From the NCBI GenBank assembly GCA_963780745.1, contig CAWACT010000010.1:196555-260554 (forward strand): a stretch of DNA of 64,000 nt. The letters run 5' to 3'. The DNA is from an uncultured Actinomycetes bacterium (GTDB lineage Bacteria > Actinomycetota > Acidimicrobiia > Spongiisociales > DATADW01). Positions 31,534 to 40,347 of the stretch are shown here, piece by piece; within the stretch, counting starts at the first letter, position 1, and every line of letters starts with the position of its first letter. The notes under the pieces are model-generated. The model had not been told where the DNA came from, searched no databases, and worked only from the letters and a program-made list of their open reading frames with translations. A program made the position numbers and the translations under genes.

Positions 31534-32449
31534 TCAGCCCTTGACCGAACCGGCGAGGATCCCTCGGACGAAGAAGCGCTGCAGAAGGAGGAACACGATC
31601 AGCGGGACGAGCATGGTGACGAATGCCCCGGCCGTAAGGACATGCCAGTCCTGGCCCCGCGATCCGACCAGCTCGTTGAGCTGAATGGTGAGCACGGCTA
31701 CTTCCTCCCGGTCACCGAGGAAGACCAGCGCCACCAGGAGGTCGTTCCACACCCAGAGAAACTGGAAAATGGCAAACGACGCCAATGCCGGAACCGACAG
31801 CGGGAGCACCAGCCGAATGAATGCTGTGAAGTGCGAGGCGCCGTCGATATATGCCGACTCGAACAGGTCCTTGGGGAGCTGTGAAATGTAGTTGTATAGC
31901 AAATAGACCGCGAGCGGCAAACCGAATCCTGTATGCGCCAGCCAAATCCCCAGAAACGTTCCGGTCAGCCCGAAGGTGCACGTAGCCCCGCAATAGGGGA
32001 ACGAGGGCCATTTGCAGCGGAACCACCAAAAGGCTCACGACGACAACGAACAACACCGCTCGGCCGGGGAACTTCATCCAGGCAAACGCATAGGCAGCAA
32101 ACGCCGCCATGGTGATCGGTATCACGGTCGCCGGAATGGTGACGATCAGGCTATTTACAAAGGCATTGAGCATGCCCTCGTTGGTGAACACGTCCGCATA
32201 GTTAGCCATCGTCCATGTCTCCATGAACGGATTGGTCAATACCGTCCACCACCCTGACGAACGGATCTCGTTTTGCGGTCGGAAGGACGTGACGAGCAGA
32301 CCAAAAGTCGGCAATGTCCATATAGCGGCAATGAAGATGACGGAAATGCGAACGGGGAGCTTTGTCCAGAAGGTGCCGCCGGGGGGCGTGGTTGCAATGG
32401 GAATCCCGCGCCGTTCCGCCGTGGGTGCTGCTTCCGCGGTTGCAGTCAT
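31534..32449 (-). CDS. Carbohydrate ABC transporter permease (frameshift near 31980)
   Basis: AAYAFAW..FPGR, EAA-like loop ESAYIDGAS, WVWNDLL. Confidence 0.9.
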
Positions 32450-33630
32450 GCGCCGATCCCCTGTCGCCTTAGGTTCCGTACGTTGATGATGATCACGGGC
32501 GTCACGACAATGAGCAAGGCCATGGCGATGGCACTGGCGTGACCGAGATTCCTGAAGCGGAACATCTCCTCGAACATACTGTTGGCGAGGACCTGGCTCT
32601 CGAAGTTACCTCCGGTGAGCACATAGACAATGTCAAACACCTTGAGAACTGCGATGAAGATGGTAGTGGCCACCGTGATGATGGATGCTCGGATCGAGGG
32701 GATGATGATCCGGAAAAACACCTGAAGCTCCGTGGCCCCGTCAATCCGCGCCGCCTCGAGGTGTTCGTCGGGCACACCCTTGATAGCTGCGGACAGGATT
32801 ACCATAGCGAATCCGGTCTGAAGCCAGATCATGATTACGATCATCGCAAGGGTGTTGAGCCCCGGCGTCTGGAGAAAGACAACCGGATCTCCACCAAAAG
32901 CCGTGATGATGGCGTTGAGAAGCCCAATTTGAGGCTCACTCGGTGGCCGCCACTCGTATACGAAACGCCAGATGACGGCGGCGCCAATCCCAGAGATGGC
33001 GAGAGGGAGGAAGACAAAAGTCTTGGCGAGAGCCTCACGACGTACTCGATCGACCAAAGCAGCGAAGAGCAGGCCGATGATTACGCTTCCCGATACCCCC
33101 AGGACCAACCAGAGAATGTTGTTCCGCCATGCCAGCAACATCTCGTCGCTGGTGAACACGAACCCGTAGTTCTCGGCGAACCCCCCGTCCGTCACTGATC
33201 TGATGGCGGTCCCGACGATGGGATACACGAGGAATATCGCCAGGATCACGACCGCCGGCCCCACGAACACGTAGGGACGCAGCCTGGTCTGGGTCTCTCC
33301 CGAGAAGGTGTTGAGGAGACGGTTGGCGATGAAGTAGAGCGCCCAGATTCCGGCTACGCCCAGCACCAAGGCGACCAAAGCAATGATCAGCTTGGAGAGG
33401 AGCGGGTTGATGCCGAATTCTTCGATGGCATCGGCCTCGCCGCTGAACCCGATCAACCGGTAGAAGCCAGCGATCAGCCTCGCCGGCTGCTCCTCGTCGG
33501 TAAGGAACAGATAACCGCCGGCGAGAGTGACGAGTAGCAGCAACCCCCAACCAAGCGAGGCCAATCTGGTCCGGACCGGGGCGCGAGTCTTCTCCTCCTC
33601 AGGGGCGATCTTTGTCGGCGCTGCCGTCAT
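32446..33630 (-). CDS. Carbohydrate ABC transporter permease
   Basis: GLLNA, IWLQTGFAMV, EAARIDGA, LKVFDIV. Confidence 0.92.
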   Translation of the reverse strand: MTAAPTKIAPEEEKTRAPVRTRLASLGWGLLLLVTLAGGYLFLTDEEQPARLIAGFYRLIGFSGEADAIEEFGINPLLSKLIIALVALVLGVAGIWALYFIANRLLNTFSGETQTRLRPYVFVGPAVVILAIFLVYPIVGTAIRSVTDGGFAENYGFVFTSDEMLLAWRNNILWLVLGVSGSVIIGLLFAALVDRVRREALAKTFVFLPLAISGIGAAVIWRFVYEWRPPSEPQIGLLNAIITAFGGDPVVFLQTPGLNTLAMIVIMIWLQTGFAMVILSAAIKGVPDEHLEAARIDGATELQVFFRIIIPSIRASIITVATTIFIAVLKVFDIVYVLTGGNFESQVLANSMFEEMFRFRNLGHASAIAMALLIVVTPVIIINVRNLRRQGIGA

Positions 33631-33640
33631 GTCCTCCCCT

Positions 33641-33690
33641 TCGAGTGCGTCAGGGAGAGGACCGGAAGGCTCTCTCCCCGCGCAACTCGA
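33641..33690. other. Intercistronic stem-loop after the solute-binding gene (mRNA stabiliser or partial terminator)
   Basis: TCGAG-TGCG..GGGAGAG..GGAA..CTCTCCC..CGCA-CTCGA inverted repeat. Confidence 0.55.
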
Positions 33691-33708
33691 CTATCTAACG
33701 GATCCCGC

Positions 33709-35176
33709 CTAGCCCGAAGGCCAGCTGTCCTCGATCTCCTGGAAGATCGCCTCGGTGTTCTCGCCATCAGCACTGATCCAGTCGAGCATACCCGTCCAGA
33801 AGGTACCGGCGCCGACCTCGGCCGGCATCAGGTCGGATGCGTCGAATCCGAATGTGCTGGCCTCTGCCACCATCACCGCCAGCTCATTCGTCGGGTACGT
33901 CGTGTACCAGTCGACGGGAACCGACTTGTTGGGCGAGAGGAACGCCTGCGGTGACTCAATCCAGCCCTGCGCACCCTCGGGGGTGGCCAGGAACTCCAGG
34001 GTGGCACGCACCTCGGGCCGATCGTCGAACATGACGAACTGGTCGCCGGCGCCCAGCACTGGGCTGCCGAACTCGTCATCGATCGGGGGGAAGTAGAAGA
34101 AGGAGCTGTCCTCCCCCGCCACCGTGCCCTCGGGCCAGAAGCCGGGGATCCAGGCTGCCTGCTTCTGCATCCAGCACCCCGGGCCGTCCTCGTTGAACAT
34201 CGGATTCTGCACCACCTCGATGCTGGTGGCGAGCATCCCGTCCGTTCCGCCGATGACATAGTCGGGGCTGAACCAGATCTGCGAGATCAGTTCGGCGGCC
34301 TCGAGAACCTCGGGGTCGTTGAACGGGATCTCGTGATCAATCCACGCCTGGTAGGTCTCCGGCGGCGCGGTGCGGAGCATTACATCCTCGAACCAGTCGG
34401 TCGCCACCCAGCCGTCGTTGGCCCCTTGGTGCCTCACCGAGAAGCACCACGGGTTGCCGTTGCCATCGGCCACGATCTGGTCAGAGAGGTCGATCAGCTC
34501 TTGATAGGTCGTCGGGATCGTGTACCCAGCTTCCTCGAAGGCCTGCACCGGATACCACACGATCGACTTCACATCGCCCTTGTAGAAGACCCCGTAGAGG
34601 GTGTCCTCGAAGGAGCCCGCCAGCACCAGGTTCGGCCCGAGGTCGGCCTCGAGCTGCTCCTGGTTGATCCAGTCCAGTGGGAGGGCAAAACCTTCACTGG
34701 CGTAACGCTGCATCACCCCCGGCTGGGCGATCTGGGCCAGGTCGGGCGGGTCACCCCCGTCGACTCGAGTCTGCAGAGCGGTCTCGTAGTCGGTGGAAGA
34801 CTCGTACACCACGTCGATTCCGGTCGCATCGCGGAAAGGCTGAAGGGCGGCGTTGAATGAATCCTCCTCCGCCTCGATCCATTGCGCCGACGATCACGAC
34901 CTCGGTTCCTTCGAACTCGCCGGCCATCGCCTGGTTCAGATGTTCATAGGGGGTCTCACCCGCGGCTCCCGCCGTGGTTTCGGTCCCACCGGCTGCCGTG
35001 GTGTCGGTCCCACCTGCTGCCGTGGTGTCGGTCCCACCTGCTGCCGTGGTGTCCGTGCCACCCGCGGCGGTGGTGTCAGTCCCGCCCGCCGCCGTGGTGG
35101 CCGCGGGTTCGGCCGCACATGCCGCGACCACCATCGCCAAGGCGATCACAAGCGCCATGACTCTCAGGGTCTTCAT
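33709..35176 (-). CDS. Sugar ABC transporter substrate-binding lipoprotein, AglE-like (frameshift near 34880)
   Basis: Lipobox VAAC, PPDLA...QPG, VKSIVWY, GW.ATDW.ED, FDASDLMP.EVG. Confidence 0.9.
34971..35099 (-). repeat. In-frame 24-bp tandem repeat encoding (TTAAGGTD)x5 linker
   Basis: Five units plus a partial unit, with synonymous variation. Confidence 0.9.
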
Positions 35177-36150
35177 AGTCCTCCTCTCGTTTGGGACACG
35201 GTGGTCCCACCCACTCCGGCGGCGGTACGACGTACCAGTTCTACCGCCCCCATGGCGCCCACCGGATGCCCGGAAGGCAGCAGTACCACCTTATCCGGAG
35301 GCAACACTAGAGCAGCCAGTTCCGACCGGGCAGCGCGCTCTTCGAGGTGCTCCCGGATTGACGCGAGGAAGGGGTGCCCGACGGAAGCAACGCCTCCGCC
35401 AAGCACGACTACCTCGACACCTGACGCCATCACCAGCCACTGCACGGTGTTGGCGAGGATCCTGCTGATTTGAGCGACGATCCGCTGGGCAGCCTCGTCG
35501 CCGTCGGCGGCCGCCCGATAGAGGCTCGTCGCCGAGTTGTTGCCCGGCCAAAGCCGAGCGATCGCCGGCCCGGCGGCCACAGCCTCGAGGCAACCACGGA
35601 GCCCGCAGCGGCATTCGGGACCGTCCGGGTCGACCTCGACATGACCGATCTCGCCCGCCATCCCCTCGGCTCCGCGGTGGAGCCTGCCGTCGATGACCAG
35701 CCCTGCTGAGATCCCGGTGCCGATGCTCAGGTAGGCGAGGCTCCGCAGCCCGGGTCTCTTGTCGGCGAAGTGCTCGAAAGCGCCCAACGTCGCGGCGCGC
35801 ACGTCGTTCTCCACCGCCAGCGGCGGGTCTCCGAGAAGCTCGCCCAGGGCGGCTGCAAATGGATAGCCGTTCGCTCCCACCCCGAGATTTACGGCGTGAC
35901 GCACCCAACCGGTTTCCGGATCGACTTGGCCGGGGAGACCGATTCCGACCGCGGTCATGTCGTCGAGCGATCGCCCGGCATCGGAGAGGGTCGTCTCCAC
36001 CAGTCGGGCGATGTCGGCGACAACCCGGTCGAATCCGGCGTGGCTGGTGAGACACTGCGACCGCCCCGCCAACCCGTTTCCGTTGACCACGATCGCCTCG
36101 ATGGTCGTGCCACCGACGTCCACACCAACGAGCGCCGAGGTCATCGCCAC
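35173..36150 (-). CDS. ROK family sugar kinase
   Basis: GVDVGGT, ENDV, GTGI, GEIGH, CRCG..GCLE; no HTH. Confidence 0.9.
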   Translation of the reverse strand: MAMTSALVGVDVGGTTIEAIVVNGNGLAGRSQCLTSHAGFDRVVADIARLVETTLSDAGRSLDDMTAVGIGLPGQVDPETGWVRHAVNLGVGANGYPFAAALGELLGDPPLAVENDVRAATLGAFEHFADKRPGLRSLAYLSIGTGISAGLVIDGRLHRGAEGMAGEIGHVEVDPDGPECRCGLRGCLEAVAAGPAIARLWPGNNSATSLYRAAADGDEAAQRIVAQISRILANTVQWLVMASGVEVVVLGGGVASVGHPFLASIREHLEERAARSELAALVLPPDKVVLLPSGHPVGAMGAVELVRRTAAGVGGTTVSQTRGGL

Positions 36151-37272
36151 ACCACCCCGAGCTCGGCGGCCAGCACCATCGCCGAGGCACCGGCCAGGAC
36201 GAGGTCGGCGTCGAGGGCGGCCCAGCGGACGTCGACGTGGGCCGACATCGTCGGGAGGACACGTTCCTTGATCGTCTCTGCGACCGCCGCCCGGAACGGC
36301 TCACCAGCTGCTCGGACCGGCCCAGCAAGGGCGACATGACGCACGTCGAGGGTGGCGACGACGTGGGCAAGGGCCGCTCCCAACGCATGCCCTGCGGCGG
36401 AGACGATGCCTTCTGCCGCCGGCAAGGCCAGATCGTCCACCGATGCCGGGCGGCCCAACACGGCCGAGGCGTCGGCGAGCAGCGGGCCCATAGCCACGAC
36501 GGTCTCGAGACAACCGTTCCGACCGCACCAGCACGGCAAGCCGTCTTCATCGACCACGACGTGCCCGATCTCACCCGCACCTGAGCCCGGTCCTCGGTAG
36601 AGCCGACCGTCGAGGACGATGCCCGCACCGACACCCTCGCCAACGCGAACGAGGACAAGGCTCTCGCCCTCGGGAAACTCATGCGAGTACTCGGCCAAAG
36701 CGGCTACGTGGGAGTCGTTGGCCACATGGACGGGAACACCGAGCCGGGCGCGGAGAAGGCGGGCCAGAGGTACCTCGTCCCAATCGAGATGAGCGGCGCT
36801 CCTCACCGTGCCGGCGGAGTCCACCACCCCAGGAGTTGCCACCCCCACCCCGATCACCTCGGATGGCGCCTGCGCGACGAGGCGCTCTGCCAGTCGACCC
36901 ACTTCCTCCAATGCGTCGTCGCCCGTCGGCTGGCCAATCCCCTCGACTCGTTGCCCGATCGCGCCCTGCAGATCGGCGATAGCTCCGGTGAAGGGAACAG
37001 TGCTCAGGTCGAGGGCGACGATGCTTCGGCTCTTCGGCGCCAGCGAGACCAGGGTGGGCGGCTTCCCTCCTGCGGAGACGCCGGTCCCCAGTTCGACGAC
37101 AAGTCCTTGGTCGAGCAGCACGCCGACCAGAGTCGGAGACCGTTGCCTTCGCCAGTTGCGTCTCGCGAGCGATCTCAGCCCGGCTGGTAGGGCCTCGTCG
37201 GTAGATCGTCTGCAAGGCGAGTCGCATGTTCCGGCTGCGTGTCTCCGCCCTGGTGGCTTTGTGTGCCGCCAC
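36141..37272 (-). CDS. ROK family transcriptional repressor (frameshift near 37130)
   Basis: N-terminal HTH (SRAEIARETQLAKATVS), GGKPP, GEIGH, CWCGRNGCLE. Confidence 0.9.
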
Positions 37273-37288
37273 GGTGAGGGTGGTATCT

Positions 37289-37345
37289 ACTTCGATTGTT
37301 CAATGAACTTACTAACCCGGCGACGCCCGTGGGGAACAATCAAGT
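37289..37345. promoter_or_regulatory. Candidate ROK operator (AT-rich inverted repeats)
   Basis: ACTTCGATTGTTC ... GAACAATCAAGT arms plus GTTCA-A-TGAAC palindrome upstream of the repressor. Confidence 0.5.
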
Positions 37346-37371
37346 TTCGTTTTCGCGACTCTGCTGACCAT

Positions 37372-37474
37372 CTCCTCCCCCCGGCGGGGAGTACGGCCGC
37401 AGGCTCGGGCGGGCGGCTGGTCCATCTTCCGCTGCCGACTTCCGTCTTCCGTCTTCCGTCTTCCGCCTTCCGTC
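37372..37474. repeat. Degenerate family B half-element plus (TTCCGTC)~6 tract
   Basis: CTCCCCCCGGCGGGGAGTAC..GCCGCAGGC.TCGGG resembles 59290-59335; heptamers at 37433-37474. Confidence 0.72.
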
Positions 37475-37486
37475 TTCTCGAGCACA

Positions 37487-37516
37487 TTGACAGCGCCTGC
37501 CGCGACGTGGCATGCT
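37487..37516 (+). promoter_or_regulatory. Housekeeping sigma promoter of the cimA leader
   Basis: TTGACA-N18-CATGCT with extended TG. Confidence 0.7.
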
Positions 37517-37525
37517 CCACGGGCT

Positions 37526-37558
37526 TTGGAACGCCACACCACCATCATCATCGCCTGA
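37526..37558 (+). CDS. Attenuator leader peptide MERHTTIIIA
   Basis: TTG GAA CGC CAC ACC ACC ATC ATC ATC GCC TGA upstream of an Ile-pathway enzyme. Confidence 0.75.
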   Translation: MERHTTIIIA

Positions 37559-37620
37559 GCGCACGCCCGACCGGCGTGCGCACCGAAGCCCTCTGCCACA
37601 GGCGGGGGGTTTCTTCTTTG
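37559..37620 (+). terminator. Attenuator: pause hairpin plus intrinsic terminator
   Basis: GCGCACGCC-CGACC-GGCGTGCGC then GAAGCCCTCTGCC-ACA-GGCGGGGGGTTTC-TTCTTT, about 10 nt before the cimA ATG. Confidence 0.78.
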
Positions 37621-37630
37621 CGGAGGAGCC

Positions 37631-39208
37631 ATGGAGACCCAGCTCGAGATCTACGACACCACCCTGCGGGACGGGTCGCAGCAGGAGGGGATATCGCTCA
37701 CCGTGGGCGACAAGCTGCGGATCGCGGCGCTACTCGACGAGCTCGGGGTCCACTACATAGAGGGGGGCTGGCCCGGCGCCCTTCCCAAGGATGACGAGTT
37801 CTTCAGGCGGGCACCGAGCGAGCTCGGCCTGCGCAACGCCACCCTGGTCGCTTTCGGCGCCACCAGGCGACCCGGCGCCAGTGTGTCGAGGGATGCGCAG
37901 CTCCAAGCCGTGCTCGAAGCGGGGACCGAGGTGGTGTGCATCGTCGGCAAGGCGTGGGACGAGCATGTCCTCCACGCTCTGCGGACCGATCTCGACGAGG
38001 CCGTCGCCATGGCGGGCGAGACCGTTGAATTCCTCCGCAGCCGGGGTCGCCGCGTCTTCTTCGACGCCGAGCACTTCTTCGACGGGTTCTCCCACAACCC
38101 TCGGTTTGCGCTGGCGGTGGCCCGGGCGGCGATAGAAGGCGGGGCGGAGAGGCTCGTGCTGTGCGACACCAACGGCGGCACCCTCCCCCATCAGATCGTC
38201 GACGTGATCGGGAAAGTGCGGGCCGAGCTTCCCGATGCCGAGATCGGCGTCCATTTCCACAACGACAGCGGGTGTGCCGTGGCCTCTTCGCTGGCAGCAG
38301 TGGAAGCTGGTGCCCGTCAACTGCAAGGTTGCGTCAACGGCTACGGCGAGCGGACGGGGAACGCCGACCTCTGCTCGATCATCCCCGACCTGGTTCTCAA
38401 GATGGGAATACCCGTCATTACCGAGGAGCAGCTCGGGACACTGGCTCCGACCTCGCACCACATCGCCGAGATCGTCAACATCGCCCTCGATCCCCACCGG
38501 CCCTACGTGGGGACATCTGCCTTCACCCACAAGGCCGGGCTCCACACCTCGGCATTGGCGAGACGGCCAGGCGCCTACGAGCACACCGAGCCGTCCCTGG
38601 TCGGCAACCACACCCGGATGGTGGTGTCGGAGCAGGCCGGCAGGGCATCGGTCTTCCACAAGGCTGCCGAGCTCGGCCTGGAGATGGATGACGATCTGGC
38701 TCGGGTGGTGCTCGACCGGGTCAAGAAGCAGGAGCAGACCGGTTACCACTACGAAGCCGCGGACGGCTCTTTCGAGTTGCTGGTGAGACAGGCCACGGGG
38801 TGGATCCAGCCGTTCTTCGAACTGGAGTCGTTCCGCACGTTCGTCGAGCGGCGGCCCGGCGAGGAGGTCGGAGCCGAAGCGACGGTGAAGCTGATGGTGG
38901 GCGACCAACGGGTAGTCACCACCGGTGAGGGCAACGGCCCGGTGCACGCCCTCGACCAGGCACTTCGAGCGGCGCTCCGCACCCGCTACCCCGAGGTGGA
39001 TCAGCTTCGGCTCACCGACTACCGGGTCCGGGTGCTCGACTCCAAGGACGGGACCGCGGCCACTGTGAGGGTGCTCCTGGAAACCAGCGACGGTGATGGC
39101 TCCTGGGGAACGATCGGTGTCCACGAGAACGTGATCGAGGCCTCGTGGGAGGCGCTGGCCGAAGGGATCGTCGTCGGCCTCCTCCGGGCGAGACCGGGCA
39201 ACGGGTAA
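37631..39208 (+). CDS. cimA: Citramalate synthase
   Basis: YDTTLRDGSQQEG, IEGGWPG, FFDAEHFFDG, LCDTNGG, HND, YEAADGSFELL, GNGPVHALD. Confidence 0.93.
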   Translation: METQLEIYDTTLRDGSQQEGISLTVGDKLRIAALLDELGVHYIEGGWPGALPKDDEFFRRAPSELGLRNATLVAFGATRRPGASVSRDAQLQAVLEAGTEVVCIVGKAWDEHVLHALRTDLDEAVAMAGETVEFLRSRGRRVFFDAEHFFDGFSHNPRFALAVARAAIEGGAERLVLCDTNGGTLPHQIVDVIGKVRAELPDAEIGVHFHNDSGCAVASSLAAVEAGARQLQGCVNGYGERTGNADLCSIIPDLVLKMGIPVITEEQLGTLAPTSHHIAEIVNIALDPHRPYVGTSAFTHKAGLHTSALARRPGAYEHTEPSLVGNHTRMVVSEQAGRASVFHKAAELGLEMDDDLARVVLDRVKKQEQTGYHYEAADGSFELLVRQATGWIQPFFELESFRTFVERRPGEEVGAEATVKLMVGDQRVVTTGEGNGPVHALDQALRAALRTRYPEVDQLRLTDYRVRVLDSKDGTAATVRVLLETSDGDGSWGTIGVHENVIEASWEALAEGIVVGLLRARPGNG

Positions 39209-39233
39209 CCAGACCCGAGAGGAATCTGTCTCC

Positions 39234-39584
39234 GTGACCGAGCTCACACCGCTGGCGGATCGCAGCAACGGGTACCTGACTACGACGGGACGCCGCAGCG
39301 GGCAGCGGCATACCATCGAGATCTGGTTCGCCCTCGAAGGCGACACCGTCTATCTCCTGTCCGGGAGCGCTGGGCGATCCGATTGGTGTCGCAATCTGGA
39401 GGCGAACCCCGAGGTGACCTTCTCCATCGACGGCGTTGAGGTGCCCGGTCGAGGGAGGCGCGTCACCGACCAAATCGAGGACGCCAAGGCCCGTGACCTG
39501 GTTGTCGCCAAGTACCAGCCGCGCTACCAGGGCGACCTCTCCGGCTGGCGACGGGAGTCCCGCCCGTACGCCATCGACCTGTAG
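39234..39584 (+). CDS. Nitroreductase-like deazaflavin-dependent (DUF385-type) protein
   Basis: LTTTGRRSGQ....IWF, SDW.RNL.ANP.V. Confidence 0.8.
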   Translation: MTELTPLADRSNGYLTTTGRRSGQRHTIEIWFALEGDTVYLLSGSAGRSDWCRNLEANPEVTFSIDGVEVPGRGRRVTDQIEDAKARDLVVAKYQPRYQGDLSGWRRESRPYAIDL

Positions 39585-39614
39585 CACGTGCCGAAGGCGC
39601 ACCCCCGGAGACGC

Positions 39615-39642
39615 ATGACCAGTTACCATGGTCACTGGTCAT
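39615..39642. promoter_or_regulatory. 28-bp palindrome, probable TA autorepression operator
   Basis: ATGACCAGT-T-ACCATGGT-C-ACTGGTCAT, one mismatched pair. Confidence 0.68.
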
Positions 39643-39666
39643 TAACCCTGCGACAAGGGATTCATC

Positions 39667-39900
39667 TTGACTGAGCGGATCATCAAAGCGAGCACCTTCA
39701 AGGAGAGATGTCTGGCGCTGCTCGATCAGGTGGCGAGAACCGGGGTGCCGATCATCGTGACAAAGCGGGGCCGGCCGGTGGCGAAGGTGGTCCCCATCGA
39801 TGATCCACAACAGGCACCGATCGTCGGGAGCGTCCGGATTCTCGAGGACGACGAGGAGCTGCTCTTTTCGACAGACGAACGATGGAACGCCGAGGGCTGA
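39667..39900 (+). CDS. Phd/YefM family antitoxin
   Basis: ASTFK..CLALLDQV, IIVTKRGRPVAKVVP. Confidence 0.9.
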   Translation: MTERIIKASTFKERCLALLDQVARTGVPIIVTKRGRPVAKVVPIDDPQQAPIVGSVRILEDDEELLFSTDERWNAEG

Positions 39901-40299
39901 GTGGTCCTTCTCGACTCCCACGTCCTCCTGTGGTGGGCCGCCGGCTCGGGCATGCTGTCCCGGAGGGCCATCCAAGCAATCGGAGGGGCGAAACCGATAT
40001 TGATCAGCCCGGTCTCCTGTTGGGAGATCGCAACTCTCGTGAGGAAGGGACGAGTCGGTCTCGACCGGGATGTCCTCACCTGGGTGCGCGACTTGTTCAA
40101 TGACGAGCAGGTCGAGGCGGCGTCCCTCACACCGCAGGCGGCGGCGATCGCCGGCAGCTTCACCAATGACTTTCCGGGAGATCCAGCCGACCGCCTGATC
40201 TACGCCACGGCCATCGACTTGGTTGTCCCTCTCGTTACCAAGGATCGGGGATTGCGTACATACGCAGCGGAGACGCGGAATGCCCGTGTCATCTGGTGA
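39901..40299 (+). CDS. VapC family PIN toxin
   Basis: LLDSHVLLW, S.WEI, DPADRLI.ATA, LVTKD. Confidence 0.92.
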   Translation: MVLLDSHVLLWWAAGSGMLSRRAIQAIGGAKPILISPVSCWEIATLVRKGRVGLDRDVLTWVRDLFNDEQVEAASLTPQAAAIAGSFTNDFPGDPADRLIYATAIDLVVPLVTKDRGLRTYAAETRNARVIW

Positions 40300-40347
40300 G
40301 CGCCTGACTCGAGCCGACCCGGTGGGCGTCGCCGGCACACAGCTACG

